DNA of 64,000 nucleotides from Octopus vulgaris (lineage: Eukaryota). Shown in pieces: positions 1-14,478 of this stretch (within the stretch, counting starts at the first letter, position 1; every line of letters starts with the position of its first letter). A program made the position numbers and the translations under genes. The stretch spans positions 86,242,001-86,306,000 of the forward strand of contig OX597818.1 of assembly GCA_951406725.2 (NCBI GenBank), read 5' to 3'. The notes below the pieces were generated by a model. The model did no database searches. It saw only the letters and a list, made by a program, of their open reading frames with translations, and was not told the origin of the DNA.

Positions 1-403
1 ATATTTGGTCGATAAAGGATGAGGGTTGAGCGTGTTCGGTTCCATTGTTTGTTTTTCCCTGTTTCCGTATATTCCTGTGTTGTCCTGTGACACATTTTAC
101 TCTATTCGTTTAAAGCAATTACTCTAAAATAAGTTTAGATATTCGTTTGAAATTACGTAATTTATTGTGCAACCCAAACAGTTTTAGCAAACAGAAGCAT
201 ACCAAACTTATAGTTTTTCACTTATATGCTTCCACTTGTACAAGTGAAATACTCATGGGGAATTTAAAACCGGAAAAATACAAGTTCTTTCCTTCTACAA
301 ACATATATACACACAATTACTTTAGAAACTGGAATCCATGAGCGTGCACACACACACACACACATACTGACACACACGCACGCACACACACAGATACTGA
401 CAC

Positions 404-449
<46 letters not shown>

Positions 450-452
<3 letters not shown>

Positions 453-830
453 TACGTCCGTCAGAACATCTAGTCATCCTTAAGGATGACTGATGACTGG
501 AGTGATAACTTCGTTTAAAGTGAAGAAGTGTTGCGTATCGCCAACTTCACTCTCACGTCTGCGACGATTTTAAATCTAGTGACGAGACCATATCAAGATG
601 GATAGGGACGGAAACGGGTGTAGTGGATGATCAAGATGTCTTACTTGCATCATCTTGGTCTCCGCATACAACAATGGCAATGCTGCAGACACCTTTCCCT
701 CCGTTGAAACAGGAAGATTGCTTCGCAGAGTCAGGTGCATCCAGTTTTCACATACTTAGATAGGCAAGTCCTAATATGCTAAATGACTCACAACTGGGAT
801 CCTGAAACGTGCCCCTACTCCAGGTTAGAG
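450..830 (-). mobile_element. Putative non-autonomous RTE/BovB-derived element (5'UTR-like sequence)
   Basis: Non-coding. The minus strand resembles RTE/BovB 5'UTR motifs as recalled (CTTGATCATCCACTACA; GAGAGTGAAGTTGGCGATACGCAACACTTCTTCACTT). Ends at a (CA)n tract and contains the perfect 20-bp palindrome AGTCATCCTTAAGGATGACT at 472-491. Confidence 0.4.
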
Positions 831-904
831 TAGAGATCGAAACAATAGTGGCTTAGAAATAGTTCCTCATCCTGATACACACACACATATATATATATAC
901 ACAG

Positions 905-1067
905 GACGGGCTTCTTTCAGCTTCCGTCTACCGAATCCCCTCACAAAGCTTAGGTCGGCGCGGGTCTACAGTAGAAGCCACTTGCCTGAAGTACCACGCA
1001 ATGGGATTGAAGCGGGGACTATATGGTTGAGAAACAAGCTTCCTACCACACAGCCACACCCGCGCCT
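905..1067 (-). mobile_element. SINE family A, 5' half
   Basis: Reverse complement matches the head of the 62111-62522 copy. Confidence 0.75.
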
Positions 1068-1471
1068 TTATTTAGAAAGATAAAAAGATTCCAAATGACA
1101 CATTTATAAGAAAAATCTCAATCCGTTTACAATATACCGCAAACTATGGATTTCAATATGACTTTGCAGCAACCAATATCACATAATTTTGTAAACCGTC
1201 TTCTTGTCTCTACTCTATCCATAACATTCAATTTTCTACCAACCTTTCTACTGATTTACAAGTTTAATCTGCATCGTAACCTTTAACTACCATTCACCGA
1301 GATCTTTACTACACTGAAAACCAGTCATATTCAAAACCCATCATATTCACCCCTTTCATTTCATAAAGCTTTCTTTCCTATACAAAAGCAAATCACTCAT
1401 ATGCAAAGTTTCCTTCAATGGATGAACCAGCCGATATACGAAATTTTATGTCCCCTTCAGCTTGAATTTTG

Positions 1472-1576
<105 letters not shown>

Positions 1577-1886
1577 ATTTTGTTAAGATTGGAGCTAAAA
1601 GTTCATCTCACGACATTCGAGTTTCATGCAGTGACGATCATCATGCTAGAAGATTGGCGTGGCGTGAAACTCAAGCCGTGAGGTAATCTCTAAACTTCAG
1701 TTTTAATTAATTAAATAAGCGCTACAATGCCTATTAAGAACTCCTTTCTCATTCGTTCAACACATTAAGCAACGCATGTATGCATGTATATAATATATAT
1801 ATATATATAAACATACACATATATGTATGTATATGTACCTATCGATACATATATATGTGTATATAAATATATCATGCATCATACAT

Positions 1887-1967
<81 letters not shown>

Positions 1968-2291
1968 CATATATGCATATACACATATATACATAAACAT
2001 TCATAAAGTGATTTTGCGCTTATAATATGCTCTAGCGTATTGCTTCTATATACTTCATTGATTTTCCTTACAAAAATTGTTTTGTAAAGAATAGTATTTT
2101 GTTGAATCTATCTGTAAAATACATTATTGTAACATTTAGAGTTAAGTTGTATTGTATTATATTGTGGTATGATATAATCTACACTACTTTATGTAAATGG
2201 CTATATTTTTTCTACTGTATATTACAATACTTGATTATGTTAAAGTTGGCTTCTGTAATAGTACTGCATTCGGTCTCGTTTACAATGATTT

Positions 2292-2834
2292 ATCTTTTAC
2301 TTGTTTCAATCAGAGGACTGCAGCCAATGTGGGGCATCATCTTGAAGAGTTTTAGCCGAAGAAATCGAGCCCCGTACTTTTTTTTATTTTTAAGTTTAAA
2401 GACCGATGCTTATAATTCTATTATTCTATCGATCATTCTTGCCGGACCGCTAAAGTAAGAGAAGGCAGACAAATCAGCATCAGTTGTCAAGCGGTGGGAA
2501 AGGTAGCAAACACAGACAAAGACCTTCCTATATGTGTGTGTTTGTATACGCATGTTTGTGTGTGTATATATATATTTATATACACACACACACACACACA
2601 TATATATATATGCATACATACATACCTATCTACGTGTTTGTATGTGTGTATGTATGTATGTATGTATGTATGTATGTATGTATGTATGTATGTATGTATG
2701 TATGTATCTTTGCATGCGACAGTATTCCACACTTCCACGGTTTCCTCTAATACTTCACTTACAAGGTCAGCCCGGTGTTACAGTAAAAGACACATGTTCA
2801 AGCTGGTGCAGTGGAACCGAATCCGAAACCACGG
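2292..2834 (-). mobile_element. SINE family A with expanded internal microsatellite
   Basis: Tail TCTTTTACTTGTTT and head segments match family A; internal (TATG)n. Confidence 0.7.
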
Positions 2835-3989
2835 GGTTATGTTGTTTTATATTCTAACGTAATCAATTATATTTTTCTGTGACGATGCAATGTGTTGTAT
2901 ATATTTTTTTGAAAAATCATAATGTATTTTAACAAACAAAGCAGGCAGATTTTTAAGTTGCAGTAAGTTACAGGAAAATGCAACTACAGTACTATACATG
3001 TATTTTACATTATTATTTTGGCTTGTGCATAGCAGGGTTATTTTTTTGTGTTTTCCTTTTGCTTGTTTATTTTAGGTTTGGCACTAAAGAAAACAAAAGA
3101 TACGACATAAAAAAAGTAGTTAAAATATACAAAGATGAGAAAAAACGCAAGTATTTCCAAAGATGAAATTACTAAACTAAAAAAAAGAAACAGCTAGAAA
3201 ATAAACAGTAGAAATAACAGCAGAAAAAGAAATTAGGAAAAACGGAAAGGCAAAGAAGAAATGATGCCTTAATAAAAGTAATTTCTCCCTGAAAACCGCC
3301 ATTTTACAGCTGTTGAAAATGTGGCTGGGTTAAAAAATAATTACAAGAAAAAATTCTTCTTTCTGCAGGAATATAAAACAACCGATGTTTATTTACAACA
3401 TAACATAATGGTTGACAAACGAAATACAAACAAGAAACGCCCAAGGGTTTCTCGCAGCAAAACTGATACAATATGTTTCCGTGTAGTCAGCCATTTAGAT
3501 AAACTATAGCAGATTTATACTTTCGTATGAACGATTCAATTTTGCTCTCTGTGGTACAAAAGTATCTCATATCGTCTGCTAATGAGAACAGGAAATATTT
3601 AATATCATATTTTGATTTTGATAAAATTTACACTTCATTCCCTCAATAAACTTTATTAAGCTTTAGTGATAATATTTCCTAGGATATAAAAACAATAAAT
3701 ATCTACGGTATTATGAAAGTATTGTTGCGTCACTCATTGTTCAATAGTTTGCTATCGTACCAATGACAGCTTAAGATAACCTCTCACCAGCAAATTGTCG
3801 TTATGAACATCCATTTGTTGTGCTCGAATGTGAAATCAATTTATAAGATGAAGCTAATAAAATGGAAAGTCTCTAAGCAGTATTTCACAATAGAAATGAA
3901 AGAAGAGAAGCGTTTTCTTAATTTCTCCTCTTCACCAAAGACATTATCATTCAACCGAGAAAGATGCCGTTAAACCAATATATATATAT

Positions 3990-4034
<45 letters not shown>

Positions 4035-4134
4035 ATATATGTATGCATACATATATCAATGTATGTGTATATGCATATATATATGTATATATATATATAT
4101 ATGTATATGCATATATATTTGTATATGTATATGC

Positions 4135-4180
<46 letters not shown>

Positions 4181-4934
4181 TATACATACACGCACATATG
4201 TATGCATACATATGTATGTGTGTGTATGTGTGTGTGTGTGTGTGCATGTGTGTGTGGTCATTGCCAAGAATCCAAAGCTGTGTCTACGACCAATGAACTT
4301 TACTATCATCTATCTTCCTTTCTTACTCTTGCAAGTAATGACACCACTTTAAGAATGGTGAGTAGTTCTAGGGAAAACAAAAGGTACTTTATAATGAAAT
4401 GAACAAGACCTTCTTGCTGTGAAAATGGCAACCAGGAACTTCTATCACTGTAGCAGACAGCTGAGGAATCTTCTTACCAATGTTGTTTTATACTTTCTAC
4501 AAGAAATTATTATAACGAAACGCATAGAGGACATTCCTATAAGAAGTTATTCCACATCCATGAACCAGCATCTCGTACTGAATGTATAAAGGGTGCGAAT
4601 GGTATTTGAAGACACTTCCCCAAGTTACATATTTATAGGTTAATCATTCATCAAAATAAAAACACAGAAATAAAATATTTCAATTAACTTCATTAGCTAA
4701 AGATTTAACAGCTCTAAAATGTTGAAAACAGAATTACTCAACATGGACCAAAACCTCTCTGTCCTAAAAGGATCGGAGAAGTGGTATTGTATGCTTGCCC
4801 AGCTGTCTGTGCGGTTCATCTTAACTTCAATTGTGATAGCTTTTAAGCGTATATTACTGTCTTCGAACCAATTTCATCTGTATCAAAGAGAATAGCACAT
4901 TCTAAATGCTCGGACACTATAACCACATTGCAGC

Positions 4935-5905
4935 AAGCTAGAAGAGTCGGTAGCGCGTCGGATAAAAAGCTTAGCGGAATTTCTTTCGGTTTTTTAGGAT
5001 CTGAGTTCAAATTCCATCGAGGTCGATTTTATCTTTAATCTTTTCGGGGGTCTATAAAATAAGTACCAGTTGAAGTCTGGGGGGTCGATATAATTGACTT
5101 ACCCCTTCCTTACAATCGCTGGTCTTGAGTCAAAATGTGAAACGATAAGACAGCAAAGTGGCAGAATATTAAGGAGTAGGGTTCTACGTAATATGTGTGC
5201 AGTACCCATCAGAGTTGTTTTCTGTATTTCTTTTAAGCGTGGTTTTTACCTGGTTATTATTATTATTATCAAAAAGCGGAACGAGCTGACAGAATCGTTG
5301 GCATGCCAGACAAAATGGTTAGCGGTATTTCTTCTGGCTTTACATCTGGAGTTCAAATTTCCCCGAGGTCGACTTTGCCTTTCGTCATTTCGGGTGGATA
5401 AAATAAGTATCAGGATCGATATCATCAATTATCTCCCTTCCTTCAAATTTCAAGCCTTGTGCCTAAGGCAGAAATGATTATTATTACTATTAGAAAGTGC
5501 AACAAGCTGGCAGAATCGTTAGCATGCCGGGCACATTTCTCAGCGTTATTTCTTCCGTCTTTATGTTCTGAGTTCAAATGCTTCGAGGTCGACTTTGCCT
5601 TTCATTCTTTTGAGGTCGATAAAATAAGTACCAGTTAAACACTGGGGTCGATGTAATCGACTATCCCATCTCCCAAAATTTCAGGCCTTATTCCTACAGT
5701 AGAAAGGATGATTTTTATTATTATTAAAAAATGCAACGAGCTGACAGAATTTTTAGCGGCATTTCTTCCGACTTTACGTTTGAAGCTCGCTTTTCATCTT
5801 TTCGGGGTGGATAAAATAAGTACTGGTTAGGTACTAGGATTGATGTATTCGACTAGTTCCCCTCCATCAAATTTCAGGCCTTGTGCCTATAATAGAAAGG
5901 GTTAT
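4935..5905 (+). mobile_element. Four tandem copies of SINE family B (Nin/Deu-domain-like)
   Basis: Units start near 4935, 5277, 5498 and 5733. Each has a GTTCAAA-like B-box and GCCTTTCATCCTTTCGGGGTCGATAAAATAAGTACCAG-like core, mostly separated by (TTA)n. Confidence 0.8.
5172..5246 (-). pseudogene. R4/Dong non-LTR retrotransposon C-terminal fragment
   Basis: Translates KPRLKEIQKTTLMGTAHILRRTL, homologous to the C-terminus at 9330-9392 (LQKSTLIGTARILRKVL). 5' side is next to (TAA)n. Confidence 0.65.
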
Positions 5906-6914
5906 TGTTATTGATATATTGTTGCGTGTGTCCTACTTTCTTATCCGTTAATGAGGTCAGTCATAATTCTCCATCATTGCAAGAGTGAATCGTACTCTTT
6001 TCATTTTTCTTTTACCCATCAATGTTGTTGTTGTTTTTATAGTTGTTATTGTTGTTGTTGTTGTTGTTGGTTGTGGTGGTGGTGGTGCTGCTGCTGCTGG
6101 TAATTGTTCATTCTGAAATCATCCATCATTGAGCAGATCTGCGCACAAAGACATTCCAGTTCTGACCATCCCGCCTTTTTGTTAGAAGTGTTTGGAACAA
6201 CATTATCAAATGCACCCGTCCCCCATTTTTTAAAAAATTTAAGAAAAGTACTATTTGAAGATTTGGCTGCTATTTCGAGCAGGTTGAGTTACCGACCATA
6301 GGCTCTCTGGAGTTTTCTGTCTTTAATAATGTTGTTCAAACAACAGTTCTTACTGTTGTTCTAGTTTGATGTTGTAAATGGTGATATTTTTCTAGTATTT
6401 TATATATATTTAGGTGCGCTGTTAAATTTTTTTTCTTAAATTATTTGCAATGTTGCTTGCATTGAAATTAGATCTAATTTTCTATTCCCATCTCCTGCAA
6501 AGAAAGAAGACAGCTACCGCTGTTAGTAAAAAAGGAAAAGAAGTTTTCATTTTCACCACTATAGTGGCTATGTTGAAAAATTATTTTAGCTTTACTTGAG
6601 AAGAACAAGAAAAAATATATAATAAAAAGAATTTAGAGCGTAAAATACGTAAATAAAATACGAAGAATATTTCGAACCGAGATAGAAGAAACAATCTGAA
6701 ATCTAATTTATATATGGGAAAACACAACAACCAAATAGTACAACAGAATTTTAAAAAAAACACATCTAAACACAGTAAGATCCAACAACAATAATACTAA
6801 CTTCAATAATAATAATAATAATCCTTTCTATTATAGGCACAAGGCCTGAAATTTTAGGGGAAGAGACCAGTCGATTACATCGACCCCAGTGCTTAAATGG
6901 TACTTATTTCATCG

Positions 6915-7157
6915 ACCTTTGGGCTTTATCTTTACCATAAAGTTTGAGGTCATCCATGAATAACAAATAGTTGACTTTTTCTGAGCAGCTTTTGAATACA
7001 TACCCAGCTTTTGCTTTCCTCAGAATCAGTGTTAGTGGTATCAAGCACAGTCCAAAAATCAGTGGGGACAGGCAGTCTCCTTGGATGATGCCACTCTTAA
7101 TTTCTACTGTCCCTAAACTTCTTCTGTATGCTGTCAGGTCCGTCCTCCAATTCGCCA

Positions 7158-7158
<1 letters not shown>
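6915..7158 (-). pseudogene. R4/Dong-type reverse transcriptase fragment
   Basis: GIIQGDCLSPLIF...VNYLLFMDDLKLYGK are non-LTR RT motifs. Adjoins (TAA)n at 7160-7258; the other end joins a SINE B fragment. Confidence 0.85.
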
Positions 7159-7239
<81 letters not shown>

Positions 7240-7322
7240 CATTATTATTATTATTATTAAATTTTTTTAAAGGACTGTTGTAACTCTTCACAGAGTAGAC
7301 GACGAGCGCTCTTCGTCTTACC

Positions 7323-7376
<54 letters not shown>

Positions 7377-8135
7377 CATTATTATTATTATTAGTTTTTT
7401 TTTGTTTTGTGTGCTGATATTACCCTCCATATAAAAGAAATCATTATTATTATTACGGCTGATGTTGCTGATACGGTTGACGCTGGTTGTTCAGGCTGTT
7501 AGCTGTTTGTAGCGGTTTCATGCTGATCGCATCTGACGGAAGCGCCATTCTGATTGTTACTCTATGCCGCTTCCATAGTCACAGCCGTGGTTGTTGTTTT
7601 TGTTGTTTTTCTTGCTAGTGGTAATGGTGGTGCCGGTGGCGTTTGTCAGTGTGGCCGTATTTGGACAGATGTTTTCTGTTGCATGGCTGTCACGTTATTA
7701 CTGATCTTGGTGACGATGTTGGTGGAATTACAATTATTGTTGTTGATACTGCTACCGGTTATAACATTAACAGACACGGTGGTGGGAGTGACGGTGGCGG
7801 TGTTGGCTGCACTGTTATTGAAAAGCGAGAGAGTGGTAGGGGATCTACTAGGAAGGAGAGTTTCTTATGTAGATACTCCTACTTCTTGCTTTAATTCCAC
7901 CTCGCCACTTTTACTGCCTGGCTGGTTACCATTCTCAACATGATGTCTGCTTTACAACAATTTTACAAAGAAATTTGTTCTTGAATGAGCATGGCTGTGT
8001 GGCAAAGAAACTTGCTTTGCAGCCAGAGGTTTTGCATTGACCGCTGCTCGTGAGTGAATTTCGTAGAAGGAAACTGTTTGAATGGAACGCGCTGCGTCCT
8101 ATATATACCATACGTATGTACGTATATATATATAT

Positions 8136-8195
<60 letters not shown>

Positions 8196-8448
8196 TGAGG
8201 GAATAAAATCCAAACTTTCAAGGAAAAAGAATTCAATTTAGAAATACTAAATCAAATTCCACACAATATAATATATATATAAAATAATTGAAAAAAAACG
8301 CCCCACCTTCTATCAATTCAAAATGAATAAATAAATTACACCATCTAGAAAATTACATATAATAGAAAAGTTAAAATCAAAATAACAATTAAAAAGTAAA
8401 GATGAAGTAAATTACAAAAATAATATAATGTATATAATAATTTTTTTC

Positions 8449-8499
<51 letters not shown>

Positions 8500-8501
8500 G
8501 T

Positions 8502-8555
<54 letters not shown>

Positions 8556-8636
8556 CACTAAGCATTTTCTCTGGAGCGTGCTAAGGATCCTGCCATAATA
8601 ATAATAATAATAATAATAATATTAATAATAATAATA

Positions 8637-9480
8637 GAAAACCAGGATGCATCATGGAAGTGGCTCAACAATTGTGACCTAAATAAAAATACTGAAAGCC
8701 TTATCATCGCGTCCCAGGACCAGGCATTGAATACCAACTCAGTGGAAAAGAGTATATACCACACAAGTGATCGGACCCCTGTAGAATGTGTGGGAAGAGG
8801 GTCAAAAGTGTGACACACATTGCTGGTGCTTGTGAAAGTCTTGTGCAGAAAGAGTACAAGCGAAGACCCGACAAAGGATCCCAAAACCTCTACTGGCTAC
8901 TGTGCTGTAAGTATGGATATGAGGTTACGGATGCTTGGTACCAACATATACCGGAAAAGGTAATGGACGAAAAGGGGAAGGCAAAAATCGTCTGGGACTT
9001 TGATTTCCAGACAGACAAAGTGTTAGAGCACCGAAAGCCGTATATAGTAACCTTTGGGAGGGACAAACAAGAATAATCGACGTGACAGTGCCAGGAGATC
9101 AACATAAAGTCATGAAAGAAAAAGTTGATAAATATGGAGACCTGAGAACTGAGATCGCTAAGATGTGGCAGCTACGAGAGTCGAACATAAAGGTTATCCC
9201 TATGATCATCGGAGCATTGGGTTCAATAACAACCAATCTGAAAAAAACATCTGAAAACCTTATAAAACCTATAATCAAGATGTATTGCAAAAAACATCTG
9301 AAAACCTTATAAAACCCTATAATCAAGATGTATTGCAAAAGTCAACATTAATTGGAACTGCACGCATATTGCGTAAAGTACTGTCTGTCTGAGGTCCTTG
9401 GTGTTACTTGACAACCCCCCGGTAGACACAACATCTTCAATCAACAACCTCACGATATTATATACTCTGCGACGTCTATA
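8637..9480 (+). mobile_element. 5'-truncated R4/Dong non-LTR element (CCHC finger, restriction-like endonuclease, 3'UTR)
   Basis: TESLIIASQDQAL, (C)RMC..THIAGAC (CCHC), IVWDFDFQTDK, IIDVTVP, KVDKYGDL, IIGALG; stop TGA at 9390-9392. Frameshifts and a ~50-bp tandem duplication at 9241-9340. (TAA)n on both sides. Confidence 0.9.
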
Positions 9481-9546
9481 ATTATAATAATAATAATAAT
9501 AATTATTATTATTATTATTATTATTGTTATTATTATTATTATTATT

Positions 9547-10102
9547 GAGTGAGCGAGCAGAGCATGCCATCAAAGTGACACTGGGGTAAAATATACGAAG
9601 CCCAGTATACCCATCATGACTACCCGTCTGATAAGGGTACACCAGGCACATGCATCACAACCATATGTGCGCGACATGGTGATCTCATATCAAGATAAAC
9701 AGCACATGACCTTGCAGGTGGAGCCCAGTTAGAATTTTCTTCAGATCGAGTAACCCATCCCGCTCAAAAGGTCCCTGAATAAGGGTTGTTTAAGGACGTT
9801 GAACGAAACACCCATGTTTCCAGAGGTGAATTATTCAAACCCCAAAGAATCCCTCTCAACACATGGCTATGATGCTCCCCCACTACTTCTGCTCGTGATC
9901 AGAGATGCACATATCGTCAGCCACTAAGGGACATGCTCAACTGGTTAAGGTCAAACAACTGACAAGCAAATCTGTGGTATTGAGCAGAATATTTGCTGTA
10001 GCCCATCTTTTATACCAAGACAAAACAATGTACATGATAACACTTCCAATCAGTTAAGATCAGAAGCCATGAGAGCCACTGCCTGGTACTGCATCAGGGC
10101 AT
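9547..10102 (-). mobile_element. Non-coding interspersed repeat (family E) with (TAA)n tail
   Basis: A second partial copy lies at ~56212-56369. Flanked by (TTA)n; no tRNA head or ORF seen. Orientation inferred from the tail. Confidence 0.6.
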
Positions 10103-10132
10103 TTTATCAAGATAAACAGCACATGACCTTGC

Positions 10133-10218
<86 letters not shown>

Positions 10219-10509
10219 TATTGTTGTTGTTATTATTATTATTTTATTATTATTATTATTATTATCTGTCATAAAAATGTTATGTATACAACGAATTGAA
10301 GATGGTAGAGGTCTTATACAACTAGATTACTACTATAGATAACCACCAGAGGAGTACAGAAATATCTAAGCCAGAAATAGCCACAAAGCATTGTTTTCTA
10401 TTTTCAAGGAAGCCGAAAAACATAAGAATTCATAATACCTGACAATCATGATGAAAAAGAAAAAAAACTTCAAAAACGTCAAAATCGACCTCGGCAAAGA
10501 AAAGAATCC

Positions 10510-10722
10510 TAACATCGGGCTACAAGTTGCCTTAGATGCCAAGAAACCTCCTATCAGGTTGCAGCAAGTAACCTTAGATGTCAAGAACCCTCCTAAGTAT
10601 CTTAGCTGTCCCTAATAACAGTTTTCTGCAGCTGTACTAAACTGGGTTTTATGCCTATTTCCTCTATCCATCAGTTCAGATCTTTAGGGGCAGTTCCCAA
10701 TGCAGCTATAACTACTAGGATA
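10510..10722 (-). pseudogene. R4/Dong C-terminal fragment plus 3'UTR
   Basis: VIAALGTAPKDL..IEEIGIKPSLVQLQKT..LGTAKILRRVLDI*. 5' end abuts (TAA)n; the ~40 nt around the stop is duplicated in diverged tandem form. Confidence 0.75.
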
Positions 10723-10744
10723 CATTATTATTATTATTATTATG

Positions 10745-10795
<51 letters not shown>

Positions 10796-11691
10796 GTTGT
10801 TGTTGTTATTGTTGTTGTTGTTTTTATTATTATTGCATTATCGCCCATCTGAAATAAACTGTACGGGTACTGCAACACTGTCAAGCGGTATAGCCCGATG
10901 TGCGCACAGAGTGACAAAACTGTGCTGCTCACACATCGTAGTGTCCGAGCATTGCTGACTTGGTTTGTTATATTGCACAGCTGTCATCACATGTAGGAAG
11001 ACGTCTATCGGCCGAATCCGCCACGAAGAACATTCTAACATCTACTTTTTAGAATGTAGGGTAGGCAGTATTCCTTAGTCAAATGGCGAAAAAAGATTGC
11101 GTGCTGGACGAGACTGATAGGATTGAAGAAATACACATTCCCTTACGGTCAAGCCTATATCAACTTTTTAATGTTCCACTTCGACAGGTGAGAAGAAAAG
11201 GAAGTGCACTCTCTCTCTCTCTCTTTCTCTCTTTCTCAGTGAATTTGTGGAAAGATGTGTGTCTGTGAGAAAAATGGTTAGGGTGGATGGACCTAATCTA
11301 GGCATGCGTTGTTAGTTAGGAGTGCAGCAGTTGGATGAGAGCTCTTGCATTTGGTGGTCAGAGTAATCCTGGATGCGTGGGTCTCTTTGACTGTCCTTAG
11401 CTGACGCTTCAGTATGAGGAACACAGCATCATTCATGACTTGACATATTTTGTGTACTCGGCATAATTTTATCACGTTTCACCGTCTTTTTCCTTTCTTC
11501 TCTTTTATGTGCATCTCCACACAAACTGTTGACTGTCTTTGTGGTGTTCTGACATTTATAACTATGTGGCAAATAACAGAAATACTATTATTGCTATTAT
11601 TATTAATCATCATCGCCAACATCATTATCGTCGACATCAACATGATTATCATCATCATCATTACTACTACTACTACTACTAATACTACTAC

Positions 11692-11727
<36 letters not shown>

Positions 11728-14102
11728 TACAATTTATTCATTATTTTTTCTTTTATTAAATACTATTTCTTGCATTCCGCCATTTCATTACGTCCGCAGC
11801 AATAAAGAGCAATAATTTGATTGCGATGTCTAATTAAGCATTAATTACATTATATGACTGACTATAACTGCTCACTGTTACAACTTCAGACAACCATGAA
11901 TAAAAAGAAGCAACGAAAAGCACCATGAGCACCTCATAAAAATTGCCAATTCGATGAGAAATACTGCTGTGAAGAGGAGACAACTCTGACTCATTAGGGC
12001 GAACCTGTTTGCTTTCTTTTTATTGCTGTTGCATATTTTTATGGAAATGTGGTGATAGGAATTCATTCATCTTCTCTCTTGCCCCCTAATTCCAGCCATT
12101 TATTTTCCTCTTATCACCCTCACTATTTCTTGTAGACCCTGTACGAAATCTTTCGTCCAATCCTAGCTCTTCCTCTATTGTTATGATACTTTTCCTGATT
12201 ATATATTTTTTTCTCTTTGTATTTTGTGGTATTCATGTTGAAGTTAAGTTAGAACCATCTTACCTGGGTCAGAGTGACTCTCAAATGACCTGGGTTTTTA
12301 CTTTCCTTCCGGCCTAACAGTAAGGAAATAATGAAATACAAATCCCTTTCCTCTAACTCCACTGAGGAAGTCATTTCCTAAAAATTTACACACTCCTTCT
12401 TTTCATAAGTAATAATTCATGAGGTGCATGTAGACAGCGAAAATTCAAATAATAGCGTATTTATTTATGCTCAATATGTTTTGGCAGATTCGTTGGCAGA
12501 CCGTTGTTATTTACATCAATGGAAAACACATCCTGTCTTAAGACATTCTATGTTAACAACTATGATACACCGGAATAAGGGATCTTTGAGTTAATGCAGT
12601 GTTCCGACCTTATTGCGTGTCTTCTCAGTCAAAGCCACTCCACAAGACTGACGGCCCTAAGAAGACCACGAGGGCCTGTTTATAGAAATTAACAAACAAA
12701 TTATTTGTTGATGCATGCTGATGTCTACCAGACAAATAATAATTCACGGGGGTACAAGCAGAACAGTGAGAATCGAAACCATAATGTTTCCATTCATTAT
12801 CAACACTTTCTGGTTGTTTCGGAGGTGAATATACTGATCTCTGTTGTTTTCGTCATCTGAGAACATCTTTCTATAGACGATATAGGTTCATAATACACGT
12901 GATTCACCAGAGTAAGGAGACTTTGAGATATTTCAGTCAAAACCAACTCAACAGACCGATGAGTCTGACACGAGCACAGGTTCTTCTTTATAGAAATCAG
13001 CCTGTAGATTACTTGCTAATGCATACTAATGCCTCATAAACATAATTCATGGGGGGCTGGCAGAACATTATAAAACATACATACATACATACATACATAC
13101 ATACATGCATGCATACATAATAGATACATATGTATGTATATGTATATAGATATATACATATATATTATATATATATTAAAGGTATGCATTATCGACCGCA
13201 CATACTCAATGTATGAATCTTGTTTATTCACCGGTTCGCTGTGAGTAGCACTTGAGAGATAACTCCCACATAATGCTGAACATTAAAACACATGAAAGTC
13301 TTAGACAGGAAAGAAGGCGAATTCAGGAGTGATGAATACTGATATTTTGCCAAACTGTGGCTTATCAACATCACGTACCTCAATCAAACAGAGAACGAAT
13401 CGAATCGCCCATCTCTGACTATATACAAATAGAGTAAGAACTATTTGGTGGTATGCCACGGCGTCGCCTGTCAATGACCTTCAGGTGTTTAACTCCCAGC
13501 ATTATTATGGAGTCGAACCCCAAACGCTATAAGGCAGTGAACCGCGAACAAATAAAACATATACTAAGTATATGCGGTCGATAATGTTTACAACACTAGC
13601 GCTGCTTTTAATTCATTATGAATTATATAGTAGGATTTTGTAAACTTTATCAACTGTTTGTTTGCTGACACAAACTACAGCCAGTCTTCTAAGAAATTGT
13701 TGTTAGATGTGTTTATTTATTTATTTTTTTTTTGACGTCGAGCCAGTCTGGTGATTATGAACGAAATGAAGGATATTTAGTTACTATTTATTGGGCGGAA
13801 GAAAATTAGGGCAGTATACAGCCTGCGTGTTTTACCGTCGCCATTTAAATATTTTATTAGTCATCAAAACCCAACAAGGATTTCTCTTATCTTTCATCTT
13901 GCCCGAGTGAACAAATCCAGCACGTAAAATATCGTAATGTCTGTAGGAGTTGATTCAATTGAATGTGCTTGTTCTCTCTTTCAGTATCAAACCTAATCAA
14001 GACAAATCAATATTTATTTATCATTTGTTGTGATTGCTAGGTCCATTCTTATTTCTGTTTCCCCGTTTTTAATGCTTTTTTTTTTTTTGGTTTTGTCTTT
14101 AA

Positions 14103-14306
14103 TCTTTTACTCGATCCGCGGTCATGCTGGAGCACCGCCTTGAAGAATTTCGTCGAGCAAGTCGACTCCCAGTACTTATATTTAAGCTTGATAATTCTGT
14201 CGAATTCTTGTGACGGACCGCCGTGTTACGAAGATGTAAACAAACCAACACCGATTATCAATTAGTGGTAGGTTACACACACAAACACAAAAACACACGC
14301 ACACTC

Positions 14307-14356
<50 letters not shown>

Positions 14357-14478
14357 ATGCAACGGGCTTCTTTCAGTCTGTCTACGAAATCTATTCGCAA
14401 GCTGACATGCAGAGTGGCTTAACCTAAGACCACACGCATGGCTGTGAAGCAAGCCTCTTAACTTCACAGTCACGCGGT
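14103..14478 (-). mobile_element. SINE family A
   Basis: Matches the family A tail, body and partial head. Confidence 0.7.

Noticed and set aside
7554-7943. 129-aa hydrophobic ORF
   Set aside because: It lies in degenerate GTT/GGT low-complexity sequence with no domain or splice support.
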